From Candidatus Latescibacterota bacterium (GTDB taxonomy: Bacteria > Latescibacterota > UBA2968 > UBA8231): 64,000 bases of DNA. The notes beneath the pieces are model-generated. The model ran no database searches. It saw only the letters and a program-made list of their open reading frames with translations, and was not told where the DNA came from. The DNA is taken from positions 448,001-512,000 of the forward strand of contig CBDCXV010000010.1 in assembly GCA_965223905.1 (NCBI GenBank), written 5' to 3'. Positions 29,010-39,400 of this stretch are shown here, one piece after another. Each line of letters begins with the position of its first letter. Positions within the stretch are counted from its first letter, which is position 1. Both the position numbers and the translations under genes were made by a program.

Positions 29010-31370
29010 GTGAGTGGAGCATTGAACGATCCAGACCCGGCCGGTCCCGGGAGCGGCGCGTCCGGGGAGCGCATCTCGCGGCTGAGCGCGGCGATCCTGC
29101 GCATCAGCGCGAGCCTCGACCTGGCCACCGTGCTCAAGGAGGTGGTCGACAGCACCCGCGCTCTCACCGGCGCCCGGACCGGTGTCATCACGACGATCGA
29201 CGGGCGGGGACGGGTCCAGGACTTCGTCACCTCCGGCCTCGCCCCGGAGGAGCGCCGGAAGATGGTGGAGTGGCCCGACGGGCCGCGGCTCTTCGCGCAC
29301 CTGCGCGACCTCCCGGCGCCGCTCCGGGTGGCGGACGTGCAGGACTACCTTCGGTCGCTCGGCCTCTCCCCGAACCCGTGGGGCTCGAAGACGATGCAGG
29401 GGACCCCGATGCACCACCGGGGCGAGCATCTCGGCAGCTTCTTCCTGGCCGACAAGGAGGACGGCGAGGCGTTCACGAGCGAGGACGAGGAGATCCTCGT
29501 CCTGCTCGCCTCGCAGGCGGCGACGGCGATCGCCAACGCGCGCACGCACCGCGAGGTCGAGCGGGCGCGGGCCGACCTCGAGGCCCTGGTCGAGACCTCG
29601 CCGGTCGGCGTCGCGGTGTTCGACGCCGCAACCGGCCATCCGGTCTCGTTCAACCGCGAGGCGCGGCGCATCGTCGAGCGCCTCCGCACCCCCGGCCACC
29701 CCCCGGAGCAGCTGCTCGAGGTGATCACGTGCCGGCACGCCGACGGGCGGGAGGTCTCGCTCGACGAGCTTCCCCTGTCCCGCCAGCTCGGGAGCGCGAC
29801 GACGATGCGCGCCGAGGAAGTCGAACTCTCCGTGCCCGACGGACGGAGCGTCCGGACGCTCTTGAACGTCACGCCGATCCGTTCGGACGACGGAGGCGCC
29901 GTGTCGGTCGTCGTCACCATGCAGGACCTGGAACCACTCGAGGAACTGGAGCGGCAGCGGGCGGAGTTCCTCGGCATGGTGAGTCATGAACTGCGCGCCC
30001 CGCTCACCTCGATCAAGGGCTCGGCCGCGACCGTGCTGGACGCCGCCACGCTCCCGTCCCAGGCCGAGATGGTGCAGTTCTTCCGCATCATCGGCGGGCA
30101 GGCCGACCACATGCGGGGCCTCATCGCGAACCTGCTGGACGCGGGGAGCATCGAGGCGGGCACGCTCACCGTGCAGCCCGAGCCCTCGGACGTGGCGGTC
30201 CTGGTGGACCGGGCCCGCAACACGTTCCTGAGCGGCGGCGGCCGCCAGGCCGTCCTCATCGACCTGCCGCCGGACCTGCCGCCGGCGATGGCCGACCGCG
30301 AGCGCATCGTGCAGGTGCTGAACAACCTGCTCTCGAACGCGGCCCGGCACGCTCCGCCCTCGTCGCCGATCCGGGTCGAGGCGGGGCGCGAGGGCGGCTC
30401 CGTCGCGATCTCGGTCTCCGACGAGGGCCGGGGGATCCCGCCCGACGAGCTTCCGCATCTCTTCGGGAAGCCCGCCCGGCCGGCCGGAGGCACCGGGCTC
30501 GGGCTCGCGATCTGCAAGGGACTCGTCGAGGCGCACGGCGGCCGCATCCGCGCCGAGAGCGGGGGCACGGGCCAGGGCGCGCGCTTCACGTTCACGATCC
30601 CCGTGGCCGGGGAGGTCGCACCGGAAGCGGCCCCGCCCCGCGGCCCGACGCGTACGCCGGGGGAGGGGCGGGAGAAGACGCGCATCCTGGTCGTGGACGA
30701 CGACCCGCAGACGCTCCGCTACGTGCGGGACGTCCTCTCCGATGTGGGATACGCCCCGCTCGTCACGGGCGATCCGGACGGGCTGGGCGGCGTGATCCGC
30801 GCCGAGAAGCCCCGCCTCGTGCTCCTCGACCTCATGCTGCCGGGCACGGACGGGATCGAGCTGATGCGGCGGGTCCCGGAGTTGTCCGACCTCCCGGTCA
30901 TCTTCATCTCCGGGTACGGCCGCGACGAGACCATCGCCAGGGCGCTCGAGAGCGGCGCGGCCGACTACATCGTCAAGCCCTTCTCGCCGACCGAGCTCGT
31001 CGCCCGGGTGCAGGCGGCGCTGCGGAACAAGGCCCAGGCCGAAACCTTCGTGCTCGGGGAACTGGCCATCGATTACGGCCTGCGGCGCGTGAGCGTGGCC
31101 GGTCGCGCGGTCCCGCTCACGACCACGGAATACGAGCTGCTGCGCGTCCTGTCGGCGGGCGGCGGACGGGTCGTCACCACGGAGGCGCTCCTCCGGCAGG
31201 TGTGGGGGCGCCGCGGCTCGGACGACACCGACCGCGTGCGCACCGCCGTCAAGAAGCTCCGGGCCAAGCTCGGCGACGACGTCGCCAACCCGACCTACAT
31301 CTTCAACGAGCACGGGATCGGCTACCGCTTCGCGAGGCCGGGCAGGGCCCATGAGGCGGTAGCCGGCTGA
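29010..31370 (+). CDS. Cytoplasmic hybrid sensor kinase/response regulator (GAF-PAS-HisKA-HATPase-REC-OmpR wHTH)
   Basis: SHELRAPLTSI, NLLSNA, DEGRGI, GTGLGL, ILVVDDD, LDLMLPG, DYIVKPF, LTTTEYELL...GIGYRF; no transmembrane segment seen. Confidence 0.92.
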   Translation: MSGALNDPDPAGPGSGASGERISRLSAAILRISASLDLATVLKEVVDSTRALTGARTGVITTIDGRGRVQDFVTSGLAPEERRKMVEWPDGPRLFAHLRDLPAPLRVADVQDYLRSLGLSPNPWGSKTMQGTPMHHRGEHLGSFFLADKEDGEAFTSEDEEILVLLASQAATAIANARTHREVERARADLEALVETSPVGVAVFDAATGHPVSFNREARRIVERLRTPGHPPEQLLEVITCRHADGREVSLDELPLSRQLGSATTMRAEEVELSVPDGRSVRTLLNVTPIRSDDGGAVSVVVTMQDLEPLEELERQRAEFLGMVSHELRAPLTSIKGSAATVLDAATLPSQAEMVQFFRIIGGQADHMRGLIANLLDAGSIEAGTLTVQPEPSDVAVLVDRARNTFLSGGGRQAVLIDLPPDLPPAMADRERIVQVLNNLLSNAARHAPPSSPIRVEAGREGGSVAISVSDEGRGIPPDELPHLFGKPARPAGGTGLGLAICKGLVEAHGGRIRAESGGTGQGARFTFTIPVAGEVAPEAAPPRGPTRTPGEGREKTRILVVDDDPQTLRYVRDVLSDVGYAPLVTGDPDGLGGVIRAEKPRLVLLDLMLPGTDGIELMRRVPELSDLPVIFISGYGRDETIARALESGAADYIVKPFSPTELVARVQAALRNKAQAETFVLGELAIDYGLRRVSVAGRAVPLTTTEYELLRVLSAGGGRVVTTEALLRQVWGRRGSDDTDRVRTAVKKLRAKLGDDVANPTYIFNEHGIGYRFARPGRAHEAVAG

Positions 31371-31419
31371 CGTTCAGGGATACCGTGCGAGCGGGAAGCG
31401 AGTGTCGAGGATCCCGGAT

Positions 31420-31707
31420 CTCACTCCCGGTCCACCGCGGGAGCGCGCCGGAAGGCCCACAGACAGATCAGGAAGGCGGCGGCGGTCTCCACCAGCAGGA
31501 TGGAGATGGGGCCACCCCGGCGATCTGTCGGGTCGAGGCGGTCAGGAAGACCGCGGTCAGCAGGTCGCGGAAGGGAGCGCCGGGAGCGCGGGGTCGAAGC
31601 GGCGGGCGCGGGCTTCGGAGTAGAGGTGGAGGAGAACGGCGACTCCGCCGGTCAGGCCCAGAATCAGACCGCAGGAGATCAGTACTGCAGGCTTGCGGGA
31701 GGTCATG
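31420..31707 (-). pseudogene. Degraded small membrane-protein gene
   Basis: MTSRKPAVLISCGLILGLTGGVAVLLHL... ends at an early stop; further hydrophobic fragments in other frames. Confidence 0.3.
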
Positions 31708-32076
31708 CCATCCAGCTCCACCTTACAATACAATAGAAAGGATCACCCCGGCTTCGCTTCGCCGACCTCCCGACCTTGCCCCCCGCGCTTGCCGGTGGTG
31801 ACCAAGGTGAGGAACACCTTGCAGAGGGGGGGGCGAAAGTCAAGGGGTTTATTTCAATTTTACCTTGTTACAATCAGGTGAAATTTCCAGGTGAAATCTC
31901 GTCGGGCGACGGATGGGGCTGACGGCCATCTACCCTCCGGCTCCCCCATCCCGGCGATCTAGCGGCCGAATCAGGTGTGGTGCGCGAACCTGCCCTACAT
32001 TTCGATGCAACGAGGTTTCACTATCTGGCGGCGATGAACCCGCCTCTACCACCCACCACCCTGGCATTCGGTGCCC

Positions 32077-33285
32077 ATGAAATCCCACACTGAAATCGAA
32101 GGCGTCCCGGTCTGGGGGAAACCCCTCGACAACGCGGTAAGGCAGATCGTCAACTGCGCCCGCAGCGCCGAGCACGCCGCCCTCATGGCCGACCACCATC
32201 TCGGCTACGCCATGCCGATCGGCGGGGTGGCCGCCTACCGCGACGCCGTCAGCCCCTCCGGGGTCGGCTACGACATCAGCTGCGGCAACAAGGCGGTCCT
32301 GCTCGACGCCGATCCCGATCTCGTCGCCTCCGAAACCGGACCCATCATGGACGAGATCTGGGAGACCCTCTCCTTCGGCATCGGCCGCAGGAACGACGAA
32401 CCGGTGGAGCACGTGCTGTTCCGCGACGATCCCGCCTGGGACATCGACGTCGCGGCAAAGCTGAAATCCCTGGCGCAAAGCCAGCTGGGGACCATCGGCT
32501 CGGGCAATCACTACGTCGATCTCTTCCTCGACGAGGAACGGCGCGTCTGGTGCGGGGTGCACTTCGGCTCGCGCGGCCTCGGCCACAAGCTGGCGACCCA
32601 TTTCATCAAGGCGGGCGGCGGCAAAGAGGGAATCGACGTCGATCCCGTGCTCCTCGGCACCGGCTCCCAGCTCGGCCAGGAGTACGTCGCCTGCATGAAG
32701 CTCGCCGGCCGCTACGCCTATGCCGGCCGCGACTGGGTGTGCGCCAAGGTCGCCTCCCTGCTGCACTGCAACATCGTCGCGGAGGTGCACAACCACCACA
32801 ACTTCGCTTGGGAGGAAGAGCATTTCGGCGAGAAGCTGTGGATCGTGCGCAAGGGGGCCACCCCCGCCTTTCCCGGGCAGCGCGGCTTCATCGGCGGCTC
32901 CATGGGAGACATCTCCGTGATCGTCGAGGGGGTCGACGGCGAAGAGAGCGCCAAGTCCATGTACTCCACCGTTCACGGCGCCGGGCGGGTGATGTCGAGA
33001 ACCGCGGCCGCGGGCAAGCGGCGCTGGAAACGGGCGCGGCGCAAGGCCGGGAAGAAACAGATGCAGGTCAAGGCGGGCGCCATCAGCCGCGAGATGATGA
33101 TGGAATGGGTTTCGCGGGAAGGGGTGGTGCTGCGCGGGGCCGGAACGGATGAATCGCCCCATTGCTACAAGCGCCTTCCGGAAGTGTTGGAGTATCACTC
33201 CGCGGGGATTCGCATCCTGCACACCCTCAAACCGATCGGGGTGGCGATGGCCGGGGCGAACGAGTACGACCCGTTCCGCGACTGA
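32077..33285 (+). CDS. rtcB: RtcB RNA ligase
   Basis: MADHHLGY.MPIGG, VGYDISCG, LGTIGSGNHY, HFGSRGLG, HNHHN, RKGATPA, HGAGR, DESPHCYK. Confidence 0.95.
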   Translation: MKSHTEIEGVPVWGKPLDNAVRQIVNCARSAEHAALMADHHLGYAMPIGGVAAYRDAVSPSGVGYDISCGNKAVLLDADPDLVASETGPIMDEIWETLSFGIGRRNDEPVEHVLFRDDPAWDIDVAAKLKSLAQSQLGTIGSGNHYVDLFLDEERRVWCGVHFGSRGLGHKLATHFIKAGGGKEGIDVDPVLLGTGSQLGQEYVACMKLAGRYAYAGRDWVCAKVASLLHCNIVAEVHNHHNFAWEEEHFGEKLWIVRKGATPAFPGQRGFIGGSMGDISVIVEGVDGEESAKSMYSTVHGAGRVMSRTAAAGKRRWKRARRKAGKKQMQVKAGAISREMMMEWVSREGVVLRGAGTDESPHCYKRLPEVLEYHSAGIRILHTLKPIGVAMAGANEYDPFRD

Positions 33286-33348
33286 TGCCGTGCCCGTCCG
33301 GAGGGCCGGGGTCGCCCCGAGCGATCCGATTTCCAGGAGAAAGCCAAC

Positions 33349-34446
33349 GTGATAGAGGTCAAATCGACAGGGCTCATCTACCGCAACCCCAAGCCCTACC
33401 TCAGGTCGATCCACGCCTGGCACCCGACCATCGTGCCCCTCGGGGGCGGGGAGATGCTGGCCGGCTTCGACCTCGCCGAGGCGATCTCCGCGGCGAACTA
33501 CCGTTCCTACGTGTCGAGGTCGAACGACGGGGGCGAGACCTGGAGCGAGCCGCGCCGCCTCGTGCCCGGCCACACCGAAGTCACCGATTTCATCCGCCTG
33601 AGCCGCCTGTCCGACGGCACCGTCCTCGGGGTGGGCCACCGCAAGGAGCCGGACCTGGAGACCCAGAGCTGGAACCCGGAGACCTACGGATGCCGCCCCG
33701 GCGAGTGGTTCACCATCCGCAGCGCCGACAACGGCGAGACCTGGAGCGAGCCCGCGGTTTTCGAGCCGGCGATCACGGGACAACCCTGGGAGATCTGCCA
33801 CGCGGCGCTGGAAGTCGGCGACGGCCGCCTGCTGCTGCCGGCGGGATTGCTGCGCACCTGGGAGGGGGAGGCCCCCAACGGTCTGAAGACGGTCGCCCTG
33901 GTCTCTCACGACCGCGGGGCGACCTGGCCCGACCACCTCGAGCTGTTCAGCGACCCGGAGGGCGGGACCCTATTTCACGAGGTCAGTCTGATCGAGCTGG
34001 CGGGCGGCGGCCTGCTGTCGGTCGCCTGGCCGTTCAACCCGGAAGTGGGGCGCACGGTGACGAAGGTGCCGTTCGCCCTGGCGCCCGACGGCAGGGAGTT
34101 CAGCCTGCGCGGGTCGACGGAAATACCGGGAGAGACCACCAAGCTCGTCGGCCTCGGGGGCAACCGCGTCATGTCCTTCATGCGCAGGACCGACCGGCCC
34201 GGGTTGTGGGCCTGCGTGTCGCGGATCGAAGGGGACCGGTGGATCAACGAAGCGGAAGCCCCGGTCTGGCAGGGGGCGGAATCGCGCATGCTGGGGGATG
34301 GCCGGGCCGCGGAAGAGCTGGCGGCCCTGCAGTTCGGTTTTCCGAACCCGCACCTGCTGGAGGACGGGGACGTCTTCGTCGCCTTCTGGTGCCGCGAGGA
34401 CTGCATCCACAACATCCGCTGGGTGCGGCTGGGTGTGGCGCGGTAG
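33349..34446 (+). CDS. BNR/Asp-box sialidase-like protein
   Basis: SNDGGETW, SADNGETW, SHDRGATW Asp-boxes. Confidence 0.8.
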   Translation: MIEVKSTGLIYRNPKPYLRSIHAWHPTIVPLGGGEMLAGFDLAEAISAANYRSYVSRSNDGGETWSEPRRLVPGHTEVTDFIRLSRLSDGTVLGVGHRKEPDLETQSWNPETYGCRPGEWFTIRSADNGETWSEPAVFEPAITGQPWEICHAALEVGDGRLLLPAGLLRTWEGEAPNGLKTVALVSHDRGATWPDHLELFSDPEGGTLFHEVSLIELAGGGLLSVAWPFNPEVGRTVTKVPFALAPDGREFSLRGSTEIPGETTKLVGLGGNRVMSFMRRTDRPGLWACVSRIEGDRWINEAEAPVWQGAESRMLGDGRAAEELAALQFGFPNPHLLEDGDVFVAFWCREDCIHNIRWVRLGVAR

Positions 34447-34664
34447 GGAAGGGACCATTAACCGGCTCGACCCGCCAGGGGGGAGGGGTATCCAGGGTCC
34501 GGCGGGGACCGGAGGTTCCCTAGGGCTTAACTGTGGCCACCGGGCCGGGTATTTCGGAAACCAGGGGTGGGGCCTTTTGGATAATAGTGGGTTTTGGTAA
34601 AGAAATGAAGAAAGCCCGAACCAAGGAAAATAAGAAGATTGATAAATTATTTAAATATATTTGT

Positions 34665-36470
34665 TTATTTTAACTGGTTCCAAAGCCACTCAGCTTGCTG
34701 GGACCCTTCAATAACGATCCCAATCTCACGTGCGTTTTTGAATGTCCCAAAAGGGTCAGCGGAAAGAAAATTATAGCTACTCACGCAGGCAAGGTTATCC
34801 CTAACAATAACTTTCCCATGAAATTTGGGTTGATATTCAAGAACCCCATTTCCATTTTCTATTATTTTGGAAACCTTCTGGAGTCGAGTCTCATCATCGA
34901 AGGGATGCCCGTAAATAACCCTAAAGGAAAAGGATGCTGGGCGGTTAGAGGTAGAGGTAGAGGTAGAGGTAGAGGTAGAGGTGGCTAATCGGGTCTCGGA
35001 TGCGTACCCAAGTTTATGTGAAGTTATAAGGAGTCTATTTTGGGCAGTTTTTATCCACTCATAGAGAAGCGATTCATGTTCCCGATCAAGCATGAGACGT
35101 ATTTTAATTTCGTTTTCAGACGGAACATAATTGGTGGCTTCCCGTTCCAGCTCGGCTGCAGTTCGCCGCCACCGATCGGCAGTGCTGGAAAGGATTTCGG
35201 AATCAAAATCACCCCAAAGGGCTGCCCCGCACCGGGCAAGTGCAGCGATTGCACCGGGGGTGAAAAATCGTATTGTGACTTCCAAAGGATTTGAACCTTC
35301 CTGTGGGTTAACCTGATGGGACAACCAGTTGTAAGAACCTATACATGCTTTAAACCCGGAGGGCCCATCCCATATCATGTATTTTCCGTGGGAATTGGAG
35401 GGCTCTCTATTAAAACGTACCTTCCCCCAACCACGATGCTTTTTGGCTTCATGAGAAACCTTACTAAACCAATCAACAACTGATTTCTGATCGCAATAAT
35501 TACCCAAATATCCCCAAAGAAAATCGAGGTTAACACCACGTTCCAATGCAGAAAAAATGTCGTTTTTAAGATGCTCTAGCTTCTGGGTATTTACAAATGC
35601 AGAGGCAAGAAAAAGTGAAGTTTGAACTTCACTAAATGCCAAAGAAAAAAGTTCTTCGTGGTCATTTTCAGTAAAGAAAAAATCGTCCTTTGAAATACGG
35701 GCCTGCCAGCCTTCGGAGGTAATTAAAGGAGTTATTGATCTATTTCTCTGATAATTGGACTCAGACCGGGTGATTCTTTGAGGAGCCAATTGAAGTGCCC
35801 GACCTTTTTCACCAAGTGCCTCCCTTTCTATAACGCCCAGTGCTTCATCAATTACCGTAGCTCGTAGCCGTGGACCCCAAGCGTCGGGTAGCCCTACTAT
35901 CCCTTCGCTATCCAAGTCTACGTTAATGGGTACCCAATTCGAGCCTTTGGTTACCATATCGATCGGGCCAATCCAACGAACCCATTCGCCCTGCCTTCGA
36001 GGCAGGAGGTGCTGAACCTGCCCCTCATCCACTCGATTGTCTGTTACCAAGGGAGTAACCCGAACGGTCTGATCCCAAACATCTTCTAATTCTTTCTGTG
36101 AAAAGAATTTCACATCATTGTTGGGAATCAAAGCACCTGTAATTCGTTCCATAACGATGGTTGCTTGACGAGAGGCTACTTCTGTAATAGATGGTGGTTG
36201 ACCGGTACCCACGGCATCAACCCCCGCTGAGGTTAGGACAAAGCCCTGATGTCCTATCCCGCCAATAGAAACCCAACCGGCATGGGTTAATGTCACAAGG
36301 GCTTCAATAAGTAATCGGGGGTGAATTGAAAATGTCCTTTCAAGGTCAGAAATTTCGTCGGCGCCCTCTTCGATTGCCCGCAGTATCAATCTCTCGAGTT
36401 GAGAGAATGGACGCCCTGTGGCCACCTCGTAGGAAATTCGAAACCGGCTTATGGGTACCAATAAAATCAT
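34665..36470 (-). CDS. Double-PLD protein, MkoB-like (Mokosh type I)
   Basis: Two HxKxxxxD motifs (HGKYMIWD...GSYNW; HGKVIVRD...SSYNF); starts 2 nt after the kinase-helicase stop; low GC. Confidence 0.8.
   Translation of the reverse strand: MILLVPISRFRISYEVATGRPFSQLERLILRAIEEGADEISDLERTFSIHPRLLIEALVTLTHAGWVSIGGIGHQGFVLTSAGVDAVGTGQPPSITEVASRQATIVMERITGALIPNNDVKFFSQKELEDVWDQTVRVTPLVTDNRVDEGQVQHLLPRRQGEWVRWIGPIDMVTKGSNWVPINVDLDSEGIVGLPDAWGPRLRATVIDEALGVIEREALGEKGRALQLAPQRITRSESNYQRNRSITPLITSEGWQARISKDDFFFTENDHEELFSLAFSEVQTSLFLASAFVNTQKLEHLKNDIFSALERGVNLDFLWGYLGNYCDQKSVVDWFSKVSHEAKKHRGWGKVRFNREPSNSHGKYMIWDGPSGFKACIGSYNWLSHQVNPQEGSNPLEVTIRFFTPGAIAALARCGAALWGDFDSEILSSTADRWRRTAAELEREATNYVPSENEIKIRLMLDREHESLLYEWIKTAQNRLLITSHKLGYASETRLATSTSTSTSTSTSNRPASFSFRVIYGHPFDDETRLQKVSKIIENGNGVLEYQPKFHGKVIVRDNLACVSSYNFLSADPFGTFKNAREIGIVIEGSQQAEWLWNQLK
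34946..34981. repeat. (TAGAGG)6 microsatellite, in frame, encoding a poly-(Thr-Ser) tract
   Basis: Six perfect hexamers; protein reads ATSTSTSTSTSTSN. Confidence 0.95.
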
Positions 36471-36472
36471 GA

Positions 36473-39400
36473 CTATTCCGACGGTGAAGGCTGACCAGCC
36501 ATAATACGTATGGAACGCCCAGTCAGGAACCATTCATCCAAGGTAGAAAGCACTTTTTTCCAATGCCAAAGATGATGATAGGGATCATCAAGTGTAACGG
36601 CACCGAGTTGATGCTGAAAAAACTCCCAGCTACCAACAAGAATCAGGAGGCGTTCTGCCCTGGATAGGAGAACGTTGATCCGTGGCGCTTCATCAAGAAA
36701 CCCAAGTCCCTGCCCAATTGGAAATGTATTGTTTCGGACAAGGCTAACGGCAATAATATCGGCTTGGTTCCCTTGAAACGAGTCTACCGTGTGCGCTACT
36801 CTTTCTTTTGTTCCTTCCTGGTTTTTTCCAGGGCGGTTTCTAAGCGCCTTTTTTAGAACCAACCCGGCATCTCCAATCGACCTCCGCAAATTTTCATCCC
36901 GGTTTATTTGAACCACCTGTTGATTGTAAGGCGACAAGACAGCTGCCGTTAGTGCTCCAGAAGTATTATAATTTACCAAATCCCGGCTCTGTCTTAACCC
37001 GCCAAAGAAGGACCCAAGAGCTTTAATTTCTTCGGTGTTTGAGAACCGGGGTCCACCGGTGGAAGGTCCCTTTTCGGAAAATTCGCTTCGAATAGCCGAC
37101 CACGGTAAGTCAAGCCAAATAATGGCCTTTTCGTGGATTTTGCCCGGGGCCTGAAACGGGTGACGTAGCCGGTGCAACGGAAATCCACTTTCATCGAATG
37201 TCTGGTTTTTAAGTTCCCCATTATAAAAGGTTGTGGAAATAAGATCCCCTATAACAGGATGCATCCGATGCTGATGAGAGAGCATACCTGCCGCGGCTCC
37301 TTCAACTTCACTGTCGGTATATTTCTCGGTGCCAGTGGCAACGCTACAATACTCAAAAACACGCTCGAAGGTGTTCAGCCACTGACGGGCATAATTTTTA
37401 AACTCTAATTGATCGCCGGGGTTAAGATCCCTCCAAGAACGTATCCATTCCATGTCAAGAAGGCCACCGCCCCGATCAGGAAGCTGTTCGAGGGCGTTTA
37501 CAGCATCGTCAAGGAAATCTAACCCTTCCCGGTAATCCTTAAACCGGTAAGGAGGGAGTTGTTTGTGGTCACCGATGAGAAGCCATCGATGTCCAGCTTG
37601 TAGCGGTAGTGCAAGGTCAAACCCATGCGCCTTACCTGCTTCCTCTACAATGGTCCAGTCAAATGACTGGTTTTCCTCAGCGAGAACTTCAAGGTCACCA
37701 GCACTCGTCGTACAATAAGTAACATTGGCACCCCGCTTAACCATCTGGCAAAAATCTGGCGCAGTACTTTCAGGAGCCCGGTTCATGAAAGAGGACTCCA
37801 TTTCAACGACGGAATTTAACCATTCATTTTGTAAAGGCGTCCTATACGGTAAATCTTTTAAACGGCGTTTAGCTTTTTGAAGAATTTGAAGACTCACTTC
37901 CTCCGATGAGCCTTCTCCTGGCGTGGAATCATTGGGGTCAGAGGGACGAAGCCTGACCGCTAATGGCTGCTGTTCTTCCGAAACGCCGTGAAACGCTTCG
38001 TCACGAACCTTGGCTCTCAAAACATCTACGGCCCCATGCGCTTGGGCAGTTATAAGAACTTGGGCAACTGGATCGTCTTCAAAAATTTGTCGCAGTAAAT
38101 GGGCCACAAGGGTGGTTTTCCCGGTTCCGGGCGGACCCTGCAATGCGTATATGGGCCGGACTCTAAGAATGTCTTGAATGGCAACCTCCTTTGCTTCATC
38201 CACCAACGACCTTTCTATTGGCACTGGCAAAGGGACTGAACCAGTATCCATGTAAACTTGCCCCGGGGAAGAAAGGGATCTCAGCAAGTAGGAATGATTT
38301 ACAATTCGGTCAATAGCTCGTTTCCTTCGTCGGATCAACGCTACCTGACCGAACATCCCCCATGTCCTGATTACGCCCTCTCGGGGTGGTGAATTCCCCG
38401 GTTCACCAACGCGGACGCGAGTAAGAGTAACCAGACCCAGATTAGAATTTATTTCTTCTATTTTCCAACCATCAGTCTTTGTTATCGAAGGCAACATGAG
38501 CCCATCGTTTTCTTTTTCAGTCAAAACAACAAGATTGCAATCAGGTTTTCCCGACTCGAGTTCCCGAATCAAATACTCCGCCATTCCCCCTTCGATTCGA
38601 CAGAATGTCGCCGTTGGCCGCAGTCGACTACTCTCCTTGATTTGAATGCGATCAACACCAGGGGAGGGGGAATGTTGAACCAGAGAGTAATGGAAAATTT
38701 CGGAATCTCGGATCAGGAGTTCCAACTGATTCGTACACCGTAGAAAATCGTAGAACCGTGAAAGGCTCATTCGTAAAGCTACTGAAGCGTCAAGAGTTGG
38801 TAGGTAACGTTCCCAATTTCGAGCGTTTTGACGAATGGTTCGATTGGAAAGATCCCATTTTGTACGTACAACAACCAAGTCTTTTGGAAGAGTCGCGCAG
38901 GCAGCCCCACCCTCGTTCCATCGTAGTTCGCCAACTCCTTGGCAGAAGGCAAGATCCCATGTCGACCCTGAATCATCCTGAAAAGGCGTAATTTGGAGAA
39001 TGAGTTGCTCCCCGATTAGCAAAAAGTAGGATGCCTTTGGAACGACGTACATTTGCGGGCGGGAAAGATCCTTTTTTACAAACTCAGTCAGCCCAGCGAC
39101 ATGTAGTGGAGCATTTGGATTAAACGCATCATATTTTTTATCTGGATTTGGTACGAATCCAAGTTCTAAAACGCGATCCAGAAGCTCTCTACATGTTCTT
39201 GGATTAATAACCAGAACAAGAGCCCCCTTGTCACCTTGAGAGTTTACCCCTCGGTCCAAGGCCCTCATGATTTCCTGTATGGCGGTATCGACTTCATAAC
39301 CTCGTGTGATCCGGTCCTGGGGGTTTGGTGCGATCAGACGGAATAAAAGTGTTTGTTCTAAATCCGAAAGCAGGGCCCCAGGTTTCTCAATCTGTCTATA

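Noticed and set aside
25614-31390. TCAGGTATCGGTGC and TCAGGGATACCGTGC as attL/attR of the module
   Set aside because: Too short and gapped to distinguish from chance
34695-34988. Plus-strand ORF ending in GRGRGRGRGRG
   Set aside because: Antisense reading of the hexamer repeat inside the PLD gene
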